From Octopus sinensis (lineage: Eukaryota), in NCBI RefSeq assembly GCF_006345805.1, contig NC_042999.1, forward strand, positions 16,926,001 through 16,990,000: a DNA stretch of 64,000 nt, in the 5' to 3' direction. The notes beneath the pieces were generated by a model. That model was not told where the DNA came from, did not search any database, and worked only from the letters and a program-made list of their open reading frames with translations. Numbering within the stretch: the first letter of the stretch is position 1; each line of letters opens with the position of its first letter. Made by a program: the position numbers and the translations under genes. This document shows, piece by piece, positions 14,082 through 26,379 of this stretch.

Positions 14082-14479
14082 ACCGAGTGTTGTTGTTGTC
14101 ACTGTTGTGATCTGTATATCAGCCCTAATAGATGAGATCTATGATAAAAGAGATTTCAGTCATTGCAATCCTTATTTTCCAGGCATTACCTTCAAACTAC
14201 ATTATTCAATTAATCCAATTTCAGAGAGTAATGGAATTTGAAGGTATCTTGCTGCTGTTTCTAGCAGATAAAATACAGCATAGAGAGCATCATTAGTTTA
14301 AACAAAATAGTTCCTTTCCCAATGATCTCTACTTTAAATGCATTCACTTTCTAAATAGAATCCGGTGAAGTCATTATGATCGAGCATCCATTACCGTTTT
14401 GTTTGTTGTAGTTATTAACTAACACCTTCAACATGAAGATTTACGTGAAGAAAGTTTCCTTGAAACCTTCTTTTATGCT

Positions 14480-14831
14480 TAAAAATTTATGGTTGTGTTC
14501 CAGCCACGTGCTTTGGATTCAATCTCACTGAGTTGCAGCTTGAGCAAATGCCTTCTAAGATAACCTCGGACCAGCAAAGGACTTGTGAGTAGATTTGGTA
14601 GAAGGAAACTTAAAGTAGCCCATCGTGTATATATATATATAATATATATATATATATACTTTATTTAAAGCAGCAGAAAATTCAACAAAACCTGTTACTC
14701 TGAGTTTCCCGTTGCAACTCAGAGTAACAGGTTTTGTTGAATTTTCTGCTGCTTTAAATAAAGCATATTATTCTACCACTGGTATTTGTGTACTCTTGTT
14801 CCACCTTATTTCACATTTATGTGTTTACTCC

Positions 14832-14921
<90 letters not shown>

Positions 14922-15175
14922 CTGTGTGTGTGTGTTTGTGTGTCTGCGCGCGCGTCTTAGTGTTTATTTCTGTTCCCACCCACCGATCGATGACAGGTGT
15001 TGGTTTGTTTTCATTCCTTCCCAAACTAGTAGTTCGACAAAAGATGCGGAGGAAAATAAGTACCAACCTGATTTCAAAGAAATAAGTTCTGGGTTCGTTT
15101 TGGTCGGCTAAAGTCTTCGAATCGATGCCCTAGCATGATGGAAGTCCAATGAATGAAGCCAGTGAAAGACAAAGT
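14480..15175 (+). mobile_element. Diverged SINE family B copy split by microsatellite and palindrome
   Basis: The 5' part (14480-14625) resembles the family B head/core, and the 3' part (14930-15175) resembles the body and tail. Boundaries approximate. Confidence 0.6.
14659..14763. repeat. Perfect inverted repeat, 48-bp arms, 9-bp spacer
   Basis: 14659-14706 is the exact reverse complement of 14716-14763. Confidence 0.95.
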
Positions 15176-15564
15176 AAGGGGAAAAAAACCCAAAAACAAA
15201 AAGGAAAACGATGAAACTGTGACTTCTCACGGAGAAATAGAAATTCTATTTTTGTTCTTGTTTCTAATTTACAATTTTATGTAGATGTTGAAAAAAGATC
15301 TGCAATGAATTTTGTTACGGTCCACCTTTAGGTCCTCATTCCAATTTATGTTTGAACCTAACTAAATTCAATATTTTTACGTAGATGAAGATCTATATCA
15401 ATATCTCAAATGCCAGCCATCTAACATGTTTGAAATACAAAGCCATTGATTTTAGCTTATATGATACCTATCTTCCATGTACATCAAATAAGAAGCAAGT
15501 TTTTGACCTGGTGTCTATTTCCTTTGAGCAGAATTCGCTTTATTTATATTCTATTTCTCGCTGA

Positions 15565-15810
15565 GTGGAGGCGCAATGGCCCAGTGGTTAGGGCAGCGGA
15601 CTCTCACTCTTACTTCCTGTTTCTGTTGTACCTGTATTTCAAAGGGCCGGCCTTGTCACTCTCTGTGTCACGCTGAATATCCCCGAGAACTACGTTAAGG
15701 GTACAGGTGTCTGTTGAGTGCTCGGCCACTTACACGTTAATTTCACGAGCAGGCTGTTCCGTTGATCGGATCAACCGGATCCCTCGTCGTCGTAACCGAC
15801 GGAGTGCTTC
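15565..15810 (+). mobile_element. SINE family C (tRNA-derived), internally deleted
   Basis: Head GTGGAGGCGCAATGGCCCAGTGGTTAGGGCAGCGGACTC joined directly to the 3' half of 45935-46320. Confidence 0.88.
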
Positions 15811-16004
15811 CTCCCTCCTAATTTCTCGCTGAACGTTTTTAAAGTAGCTTCGACCGTAATTTTAATTTGTCGCACAAGTTTAAATCTGCATGAAGTAATT
15901 TCTTCCTCATATTGAAGACGTCAATGGATATTGCTGTGGTCTGCTGTTTGCTAGACATGGAGTAAGATAGGATATTCCTTACAAGTAAATATTTCTGTTC
16001 TGTA

Positions 16005-16622
16005 GGGCGGCGAGCTGGCAGAAACGTTAGCACGCTGGGTGAAATTCTCAGCAGTATTTCGTCTGACGCTACGTTCTGAGTTCAAATTCAGCCGAGTTCG
16101 ACTTGCCTTTCATCCTTTCGGGGTCGATAAATTAAGTACCAGTTACGCACTGGGGTCGGTGTAATCGACTTAATACCTATGTCTGTTCTTGTTTGTCCTC
16201 TCTGTGTTTAGCCCCTTGTGGGTAGTAAAGAAATAGGTATTTCTTCTGACGCTACTTTCTGAGTTCAAATCTCGCCGAGGTCGACTTTGCCTCTTATCCT
16301 TCGAGATCGATAAATATTAGTACCAGTTACGCACTGGGATCGATGCAATCGACTTATTCCCTTTGTCTATCCTTGTTTGTCCGCTCTATGTTTAGCCCCT
16401 TGTGGGCAATAAAGAAACAAGAAACGCTGGGCCGGGCAAAATGCTTAGCGGATTTTAGTCTGTCGCTACGTTTAATTTAAAATTCCGCCGAGGTCGATTT
16501 TGTCTTTCATCCTTTCAGGATCGATTGAACAAATACCAGTTATAACCTGAGGTCGATGTAATCGAATTAATCCTCCTGCTTGTTCCCTCTATATTTAGCC
16601 CACTGTGGGCAATGAGAAATAA
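16005..16622 (+). mobile_element. SINE family A (tRNA-derived), compound copy with three tandem body units
   Basis: Head GGCGGCGAGCTGGCAGAAACGTTAGCAC. The body (GTTCTGAGTTCAAAT...GTCGA...AAGTACCAGTTACGCACTGGGGTCGA...GCCCCTTGTGGG) is repeated three times. Confidence 0.88.
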
Positions 16623-18313
16623 ATATTTTTCTTCTGTTATACAATTTTGAAATATCACTGTGTGTAGAAAGAAAGTTTCTATGTCGAGAGAAGAATAATT
16701 GTTTATAGTACTAGTAGAAATAAATTTAAAATTACGACAGGGATATTATATTAATATATAACTTCTTACACTCGATAACATTTAGCAAGCAGAGAATAAA
16801 ACCATCCATGGTGTCTAGTTTTAACACATGTTATATAATTAAATATATGAACATTAATTAGGATTTGTATTCACACCATGTAATTAGTGCTTGAGCACTA
16901 ATATACATTTCACAGTTACTCGTTTTGTAAATAATTATGTTAAACTGCTACTTACTCGCATAAATTTGAATGCAAAGCCTTGTGATAAAACAAACGTAGA
17001 TATGCTGACCTATAAATGTTTGAATGGGTTTCGAAATTTACGAGTTCTAGTTCTGGTGCTTACTGTATTTTCGTTCTTTAGTTAAATGCTCTATTGTTTA
17101 TTTTCTTTCAGAGTTCGTGACGAACGTTCTAAGCATGTGAATGCAATGCGAAAGAAGCGAGAGTGACAAGAAGCACGGAAATAATGACAGAGATGCTGGA
17201 AATTGCTGTTGAGAAGATTGTTCTTAACTCTCAGACGTCATGCATTTGAGAATTATAGGCTGGTATATTCTTTAGCTTATTGAAATTGCACTTACTTCAG
17301 GAATAGCAACAATATAATTTAGATCTTCAAAAAAAAAAAAAAAAAAAGGGAGTAAAATAAATAGCTCATCCGTAGTGCTGCAAATGAAAAGTAATGACTG
17401 ATGTTGAAATGATTAGTGCTTAATTAGAATTCCGAATAAGGAAAAATGTTCAGAAATAATTAATGGAAGAAATTATTGCAGTGCGAATACTGAATAGAAA
17501 ATAACAAAAACATTCCAGTATTAAGTGTAGTACGACGTGGGGCATCAACATCGGGATTGCCTAGGGTGCAGATTAGGGGCCAACTGAATGAGATAGATTT
17601 CTTTATTGCCCACGCAAGGCTGAATACAAAAGGGACAAAATATAAAATAGAGCTTTACTTTTTGGGGAAGAAGAGAAGGAAAAAGTAAATACATGGGTCG
17701 GATGATAAAAGGGCAGGGCCTACTGAGGAAAAGAAATTATGTCGCAGTGTACCTATATGTTGGACTGGGTGTCAAGGGAGCGGCAGCCTGAAAAATTTTG
17801 AGAACCACTGGTCTGGCTGGGACCACGGGCCATACCTTCCCTGCCCACTTCAAGATCACAACATATAGGTACAATAAAAGGGATAATGAAAAAAATGGTG
17901 GGGGCGATCAATAGGGACCGAAAAGTGATGAACAGAAAGCAGATGTGATAGTCAATGTTGGACTCAGGGCTGCAATTTCTGTATCACAAACTTAATGAGA
18001 GTCTCCGTGTGTGTTTTATTTGGCAAAAGAAAAAAATTAAAAAATAAACATCCCGAAATACAATATGTTTGAACACGCGGTTTCACACCAGGAGTCTTGC
18101 AACATAGAGAGGCCGCTTGCTAGAAAGTCATAGGCCAACGGGCTTCAGGGTCTGAAGAAACGCCGTAAAGTTAAGCACTTCATGAACGTGAAACCCACGG
18201 TAGCCCTATTAAGGATGGCAAGATTACTGAAGAATATCTCGATTAGAAATGACGACGTTTCAGCCAAAGAACTTACGTGTATGTATAAAGGTGTGTGTTT
18301 ATGCATGTGTTCA

Positions 18314-18350
<37 letters not shown>

Positions 18351-18825
18351 ATATATGTGTATGCGCAATTGCTTGTGTGGTTATCTATACGTATATGTTT
18401 TTATATCTTTTGTATTAGATGATTATTTCTTTCAGATTTATGACCCGCGGTTATTTCCCTTCGTCTTTTAAGTTTACAAGTGTTTTTTTTTCTTCTCTCT
18501 TATATTCCCCACTCTTCCTCTCTCTGTTTGTACATGTCAGATTTTGAGAGAAGCGTAGACTTCCTTGATATGATGGTATCTCTGACCCTACTATTGTGAG
18601 TGACATGCGAGGTTATTGATTGTTTGCATAAGGGGAAAATGTATATGTTTGGAACTTTAACATCGATTATTGTATCAATTACAAAACAATGATGAGATGA
18701 AGCACATCATTGCATAATGTTTCCACTAATGTTACGTAATTGTTTTGGCATTTTGATGAAAGGCGTGCATGTCCTATAAAGCAATGAATACCACTCCTTT
18801 ATATGCTTTATATATATATATATAT

Positions 18826-19127
18826 CCCCGTGATCACCGTGACCGATCAGGTTATCAGATATTGCTACACATCGCTGGTCACAATGCGTTTCGCATTGTT
18901 TTAGCCTTCAAATGACGCCACCCCGCTGGCTAAGCGAGCAGGCCAACAGAAGAAAGAGTGAGAGATAGTTGTGGCAAAAGAGTACAGCAGGGATCGCCAC
19001 CACCCCCTGCAGGAACCTCGTGAAACTTTAGGTTTTTTCGCTCAATAAACACTCACAACGGGAATCGAAACCGCGACCCTACGACCGCGAGTCCGCTGCC
19101 CTAGTCACTGGGTCACTGCGCCTCCAC
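18826..19127 (-). mobile_element. SINE with family C head and a different 3' tail
   Basis: 19127 down to ~18950 is the reverse complement of the family C head/core; 18826-18950 is unrelated to the tail of 45935-46320. Confidence 0.8.
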
Positions 19128-19136
19128 TGTATATAT

Positions 19137-19445
19137 AATGAAGAAAATGCTGACAAAATGATTTAAGTAAGGGAGAGTGTATTTTATTAGGTCAAAGTTC
19201 TTTTTACCGGTTGCGCATTTGTTATGCTTATCAAAAGATATTTTTTTAAGAGAGATAGAGTTCCTTTCTGATAGATTTTTTTCTCTTATCAGATAAGAGA
19301 AAAAAATCTATCAGAAAGGAACTCTATCTCTCTTAAAAAAATATCGTTTGAGAAGCATAACAAATGCGCAACCGGTAAAAAGAACTTTCACCTAATTAAA
19401 TACACTGTTCCTTACTTAAATCCTTTTGTCAGCATTTTCTTCATT
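19137..19445. repeat. Long palindrome, 154-bp arms, 1-nt centre
   Basis: Arms 19137-19290 and 19292-19445; the inner ~55 bp are perfect and the outer part has scattered mismatches. Confidence 0.93.
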
Positions 19446-19589
19446 TCCTTTTTTATATATCACAACTCGTGTTCCACATCTCCTTTTTTAAATATATATA
19501 TATATACATATATATATAATTATTTGAGAGAATATTTTTCCTAACTTACAGGGAAAAATTCAATACTAAATCAAATTTCACAAAATATA

Positions 19590-19980
19590 ATATATATATA
19601 AAAATTAGAAAAAACAACTTTTTTCAATTCAAAATGAACAATTAAATTACACACTCTAGAAAATTACATATAATAGAAATATTAAAATAAAAATAATCTA
19701 CCGATGATTAATAAAAATGCAAAATAATAATAATTATTATTTAAAAAAATGCAAAATAATAATAATTATTATTTAAAAAAATGCAAAATAATAATAATAA
19801 ATAATAAAACGTATATATATTACCAAATATATACGTTTTTATATTATTTTGCAATTTACTTCGGTATATTATTGTTATTTTAATTTTAATATTTCTATTT
19901 TATGTAATTTTCTAGATGGTGTAATTTAATTGTTCATTTTGAATTGATAAAAGGTGTTTTTTTTCTAATTTATATATATA
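19590..19980. repeat. Diverged AT-rich inverted repeat with an internal 31-bp tandem repeat
   Basis: TTCAATTCAAAATGAACAATTAAATTACAC..CTAGAAAATTACATA at ~19625-19670 is mirrored at ~19890-19950; AAAAATGCAAAATAATAATAATTATTATTTA is repeated 2-3 times. Confidence 0.75.
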
Positions 19981-20029
19981 CATATAGACACACGTTAGTT
20001 GAGTTAAAGTTTAAAATAACCGTCTAAGG

Positions 20030-20280
20030 CAGTGGTTCCCAAACTGAGCAATACTGCCCCCTTGGGGACAGTGGAAAATTCCAAGGGTGGTAATGCGGTA
20101 GCGAGTCACGTAAAAACAAAATAATGGTTTCACTAAGCTAGGTATTATTCGTGAAAAAGTGTTGCTTTGAATTTATTTTAGAAAGAGGACTATGCTTGTG
20201 CTGGTTAGTTGTTGTGGGGCGCTAGGTATGTGGACTGGGTGTCAAGGGAGCGGCAGCCTGAAAAGCTTTGAGAACCACTG
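20030..20280. mobile_element. hAT-type MITE
   Basis: Terminal inverted repeats CAGTGGTTCCCAAAC / CTTTGAGAACCACTG, typical of hAT (Charlie-like) elements. The 8-bp flanks are not identical. Confidence 0.7.
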
Positions 20281-20497
20281 GCCTGGCTGTGACCACGGGT
20301 CATACGTCCCCAGCCCAATTCAAGATCACAACATATAGGTATACTGCGACATAATGTTCTTTCTTCATCAGACCCTATAAATACCCATATTTAACCATGG
20401 GTATACACTTCCCTTTTTCTTATCTATGCTCTTCTTCTTTATTTATTCTTCACTCTCATGAAGCTTCTTGTTTCAGATTGGTTTTATTACCAAATAT

Positions 20498-20900
20498 CTC
20501 TTTTACTCTTTTACTTGTTTCAGTCATTTGACTGTGGCCATGTTGGAGCACCGCCTTTAGTCGAGCAAATCGACCCCGGGACTTATTCTTTGTAAGCCAA
20601 GTACTTATTCTATCGGTCTCTTTTTGCCGAACCGCTAAGTGACGGGGACGTAAACACACCAGCATCGGTTGTCAAGCAACGCTAGGGGGACAAACACAGA
20701 CACACAAACACACACACACATACATATATATATATACGACAGGCTTCTTTCAGTTTACGTCTACCAAATCCACTCACAAGGCATTAGTCGGTCCGGGGCT
20801 ATAGCAGAGGACACTTGCCCAAGATGCCTCGCAGTGGGACTGAACCCAGAACCATGTGGTTGGTTAGCATGCTACTTACCACACAGCCACTCCTGCGCCT
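20498..20900 (-). mobile_element. SINE family B, full length
   Basis: Reverse complement of 48978-49380, from the tRNA-like head to the (GTAAAAGA)n tail. Confidence 0.92.
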
Positions 20901-21084
20901 ATGTTTAATATGTTTAATATTTTTACATAATTTTGCATACCAATGACAATACCATTCAACAGTGTAAGCAGAAACAGCTGTTAAATGGATGCAGTCTATT
21001 TGCATTGAATATTAATTGAATTAATAAAAACTAAATGATGTAAGTCAATTGTTGTTCATCAGTACTTCTCCATTTTTCTGTTTT

Positions 21085-21215
21085 CACACACACACACATA
21101 TATATATATAGACATACGACGGCCTTCTTTTAGTTTCCGTTTACCAAATCCATGCACAAGACTTTGGTTAGCCCGAGGCTGTAGTAGAAAATACTTGCCC
21201 AAGGTGCCACGCAGA
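21085..21215 (-). mobile_element. SINE family B, fragment
   Basis: Core segment ...CTTGCCCAAGGTGCCACGCAG matches family B. Confidence 0.75.
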
Positions 21216-22446
21216 GGGGCTCGAAGAGTATAAACAAAGATATGTTTGCTTTAGAAGCGCTGAAATGTTTATTGTGAGATACAAATAAGGTAATAATCTA
21301 TTTTCAAACGCAGACGCTGGATAAAATATCCATAGAAGCGGGAAAAAAATATGCCAGCAAGCAGCGATGATAATCGAACTCACATTCCCTGTATTACTGC
21401 TCAAGTACTTTACAAATTAAGCTAAACTGCCACTGACAAAATTATCTACAATTTTAGAACTATTTATGAGAAATGAATTCTTCCTTTTTTTTGATTTTAT
21501 ATGCGTCTAACCTTTATTATTTTATAATTTTTACATTGCTACTTTGCTCAATCAGATATTGACTCTTATGGCAGGATATATATCGTAACTGGTTTGGATT
21601 TGACTTAAGGAGGGTTAGATGTTCATTTTAATATATAAAATGTCGGTCAATCTACCCGCAGACAAACAAAATTTTTGTTTCAACTATTTTGAATCCGGGT
21701 AACATAAAAGGGATAGGATATCAAAAGAAAATAGTAACTTTAATTTTACTTGTGTACTTTCCTCTGACTGTCAGTGGTTTGGTTGATCGGTAGTCACAGC
21801 ATAATTAATATTTAGGATTCTAGATTTAATCTGCTATGATGCGCATTGATACAAAACTAAGAAAAATACCATGCATTTTTTTCCACCCGATATACACTAA
21901 ATGTAGAAAATAGCTTTTTCTCAAAGTCAAAAAACTAACACACGCAAGAAGAAAAAATAAAGAAATTATTTTCCTGAAAAATAATTTTACTTCCTTTAAA
22001 AGATTAAAGTGTGTTGCGATTGTTCATGGTATTGAATATTAAGAAAAAATAAATAACCAGCATGTAAAAATCTTTCAAACTAGGATTACGTTAAACTAAT
22101 TGGGTATTATGTATTATATGCGACTTAGCATTTTACTTCACGTTTATTTAAATTACATGTTTTGTTGGTTGCTTTCGTGGTTTATCTCCAAGAGAAATTA
22201 ATTTAATTCCGTAATTCGGTCGTATTAAAACAATGGAAGAAGCCGAAATATTTATATTAATCTAGAGCGAAACAACAAAATATATTAGATTTTAAAAACA
22301 ACGACTAATTACAACATTTCGTTTAATCTTTCGAAAATAGCAAATACCTGGCATACATGTCACATACACCACCTTCACATATATGCAAACTCATACACAT
22401 GATTACACATATATAGATACGCAAACACAGAAATGTATATCTGTAT

Positions 22447-22527
<81 letters not shown>

Positions 22528-22544
22528 ATATGTATGTATATATT

Positions 22545-22755
22545 CCAAGATGTAACCACATGGGAATCGTGGGCGATTTTCTTCCTCCGTCTTCCCTTCT
22601 GTTGGATTTCCCTGTTTCTGAAGAAGAACGTTGCTCGAAACGTTAAACCAACTTTCTTTCCGTCCATGAAAGTCTGCTAATTCTTTACATGTACCACGTC
22701 CACGCCTTGTTTTTTTGTGTGTTTGTTCATCTTCGTTTTTGGAATTTACTATATA
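22545..22755 (+). mobile_element. Penelope-type terminal-repeat fragment with hammerhead motif (22614-22648)
   Basis: GTTT-CTGAAGA-A-GAAC-GTT-GCTC-GAAA-CGTT-AAAC: intact CUGANGA/GAAA core, stem I GTTT/AAAC, palindromic ACGT stem III and one mismatch in stem II. Confidence 0.6.
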
Positions 22756-22812
<57 letters not shown>

Positions 22813-23974
22813 TGGTCCTTCTTTAACAGAATCTTCTACGTGTTAACTCTGCCTCCGTAAAGAAGAGCACCCTCGGCACTAAACTGCTTTCTCTTTCAAT
22901 GGGAAAATCAATAAAATCAGTGGGAAAATCAATAAAAGTTTAATGCACTGCTAATGAACTTTAAGCTGTTTGATTTCTGTTAACTCGGAGACGCCATCTT
23001 AGATTTAGCTACTCAAGCATTAAGTTGGCATGTAGTACTAACTTTTCTTAGAAAGTACAGCTTAGTGCTACTCGCACTAGCCATTCATAGTGAATTGCAA
23101 TCTGACATCATCAAGTCGTTTAGCTCACTCTATAACACACTATACAGAATGCCGGCAAACAAACACCAACATTTTGTATGCTCTACCCTGTGCCGCCATC
23201 CGCTGTAAGAATTGAAGTATCACCCTTGTCGCAATGCACATTAAATAACGCGAAAATTATGTCTGTTCAGTTCCGTGGAACTTTCATAGCAAAACAATCA
23301 CAAATAGATCTTTAGCAACCACATGACTTGAAATTCCCAATGAAAGCCTAAATCTTCGCACCTAAATCATTTTCTTTTAAATTCCCCTCACTCTAACACT
23401 GAAAGACTCAGATGTAGTCATGATCTACGCCTAGGAAATTAACTAAATTAGAACTGACGATACTGAAGAGCGGTAATGACTACGAAACACCGTTCACTGT
23501 CACATTCATTTCCGGAGCGATTTCGTTTGTCTACCATAAGGTATACGGTGATTTAAAACGCATTACGTGATAAAGAGGTCTACCCAGAGAGAAATTCCGC
23601 AGCTCCACATAGCTCAACCACAGATATGCATCAAGTATGTCATTCTAATTATGTTTACATTATGTAAGCTGCTTCAAACAAAAATTGTATTTTTGTTTGA
23701 ATTGCGCAATGTATTTACACATCAGCAAATATCTTTTACGCTCTTCGTATATAAAACTCTGATAGGTCAAGACAGTTTGTTCCGGCGGTGGGCAGGTGTG
23801 TGGCAGTGAAGAGCAAAGGAAATTACAGCGAAACATTAATATGTGGCGCTCACTCATTCCTCGACGGAATTTAAACTCAGAACGTAAGACAGACGAAATT
23901 CCGCTAATCACTTTGTCTAGTATGGTAATGATGCTACCCGCTCTCTGCCTTAACATATGATAATGTTAGTTTCA

Positions 23975-24160
23975 AATTTGACCACAAGGCCTGCAGTGTA
24001 GGGGGACGGAGTAAGTCAATTATATCGACCCCACTAGACTCCGAGAGGATGAAAGGCAATGATGACCTCGAAGAAATTTGAATTCACTACGACAAGACAG
24101 ACGAAATGCCGCTAAGCATTTCGCCCGACGTGGTAAAGATTTTGTTAGCTCGTCACTTTA
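23975..24160 (-). mobile_element. SINE family A, diverged copy
   Basis: Reverse complement of the family A head and body (...GACGAAATGCCGCTAAGCATTTCGCCCG...). Boundaries approximate. Confidence 0.7.
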
Positions 24161-25755
24161 ACCCATGCTGATGTTAGAAATTATTCATATAAAGCACGAA
24201 CCTGCACACCACGTTATGCTGCGTAATTATACATTAACGGATTCTTACTTATGATTGCCTATTAATTCGCATTATGACTATATTTCCATTATTTGCAACT
24301 CTTTCCACAACAGTATTTCTCAAAATGGCGCTACAACGTAAGATGTTGCGGTGTAAATGCCCAGAAGATCTAGGGACATCTTGTTGACGCTATACATATA
24401 TCGTACCCACGCAAGCACGGGAACTGAGAAAATGATGGTGTTTCATTTACACAGATGCGAATAATATTCCCAAATTGTACATTCATTATATTCTGAGTAT
24501 TTAATTTATACTTACATTTATATAATATTTATGAAGTAGTATATACACTGACATATAGCATATATGCAGGTATGGATTTTTTTGTGTATGCATATATGCA
24601 GATATGTGCGTAGGAGTGCATTATTGTGTAGTCATACATATTTAGACACACGTTATATATATAGCGTACATATTTAGTTAACTAATTTAATATTCAACAA
24701 CGATCAAGTCTTCTGATATTCAAGATTTATGTTAAACGATCAAGGAGGAGATATCTGCAAAATAAAGCTCTATAGTCACATTGGAAGAATATATTTTTCA
24801 TTAGCAATTTATTCGCTGCAAAGGAAACAGATTTAGTTATAACGTTGGCTCAAAGCGAATAGTAACACCTTCCAATTAGAAAAATGCTAAAATTCCAATC
24901 TATTTGAAACCCAGATGTGCTTCCAACATCTATTGATTTAACTCTCACAAACCCGTTTCACACACGCTCTTTCATCATGTCGGGTAATTTCCAAGTCTCT
25001 GCATACTATTTCTAGTTGTCGTTGATTATACTGCATAAATCTCCCCCTTTAAGCCATCTTGATTTTGTCATAGCAACTTCCTTAACCTATCTAGCCTGGT
25101 GAAGATGACAGCTTAGTCGACGACGACCTAACCATGCAACAGGTTGTTACTAGATTACATGTTGCCAGTAGCACTCAACGCGACCTGCCACAACTATTGG
25201 ATTACATTGAAGAAATATTACAATAACACCTGTTACAAATTCATTATTTCATATAAATCTATACTATAAATCAATTGTCAATAGCAGATAAAAAAAAAAC
25301 AAAAAAAAAACAGCAGCACGTAAATAATTATTGTAGCTGAAAAATAATCTTAGTGTTTTGGCCAAAGAATAGCAATTTTTGAAAGAAACATTTTCATAAT
25401 AGATCAATGACAACCACCAAGAAAACTATATTTCAAGAAAACTAATTCTTTTTCGTTTTTCGTTCTTTTTATGGCATGAGATATTATCGTTTATATCTTA
25501 AATTAATATGTTGATTTCATTTACATAGATGTAGACGTTGTCGATAAAGGAAAAGATAATATCCATTGTTATATAGAAAATGTTGTGTTATTGTTGCATA
25601 AATTATATTATTATTTTAATAATTAATTATAGTTGTATTATCTGTTTTTTTATGAAAGTAAAATTGGCGTCAGGTCGAATTTATATATAAACAGATAATG
25701 GTGATTGTGCAATTCTGAATTGAAAGCGGTCGCAATACACCACAGAGTATTACAC

Positions 25756-25814
25756 ACACACACACACACACACTCTCTCTCTCTCTCTCACACACACACG
25801 CGAACACACACACA

Positions 25815-25847
<33 letters not shown>

Positions 25848-26172
25848 TCTATATATAAGTATAATCATGGATATGTACACACACACATACACACACACAC
25901 TCTCTCTCTCTCTCACACACACAGACACACACACATATATGTATATATATATATATATATATTCTATATATAAGTATAATCATGGATATGTATACACACA
26001 CATACACACACACACTCTCTCTCTCTCTCACACACACAGACACACACACATATATGTATATATATATTATATATATATATATTCTATATATAAGTATAAT
26101 CATGGATATGTACACACACACACATACACACACACACTCTCTCTCTCTCTCACACACACAGACACACACACA

Positions 26173-26203
<31 letters not shown>

Positions 26204-26379
26204 TCTATATATAAGTATAATCATGGATATGTATACACACACATACACACACACACTCTCTCTCTCTCTCACACACACAGACACACACACATATATGTAT
26301 ATATATATATATATATATATTCTATATATAAGTATAATCATGGATATGTACACACACACATACACACACATATATATAT
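25756..26379 (+). repeat. Minisatellite, ~118-bp unit x5, built from microsatellites
   Basis: The anchor TCTATATATAAGTATAATCATGGATATG recurs five times between (CA)n(CT)n(CA)n(TA)n blocks. Confidence 0.93.
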
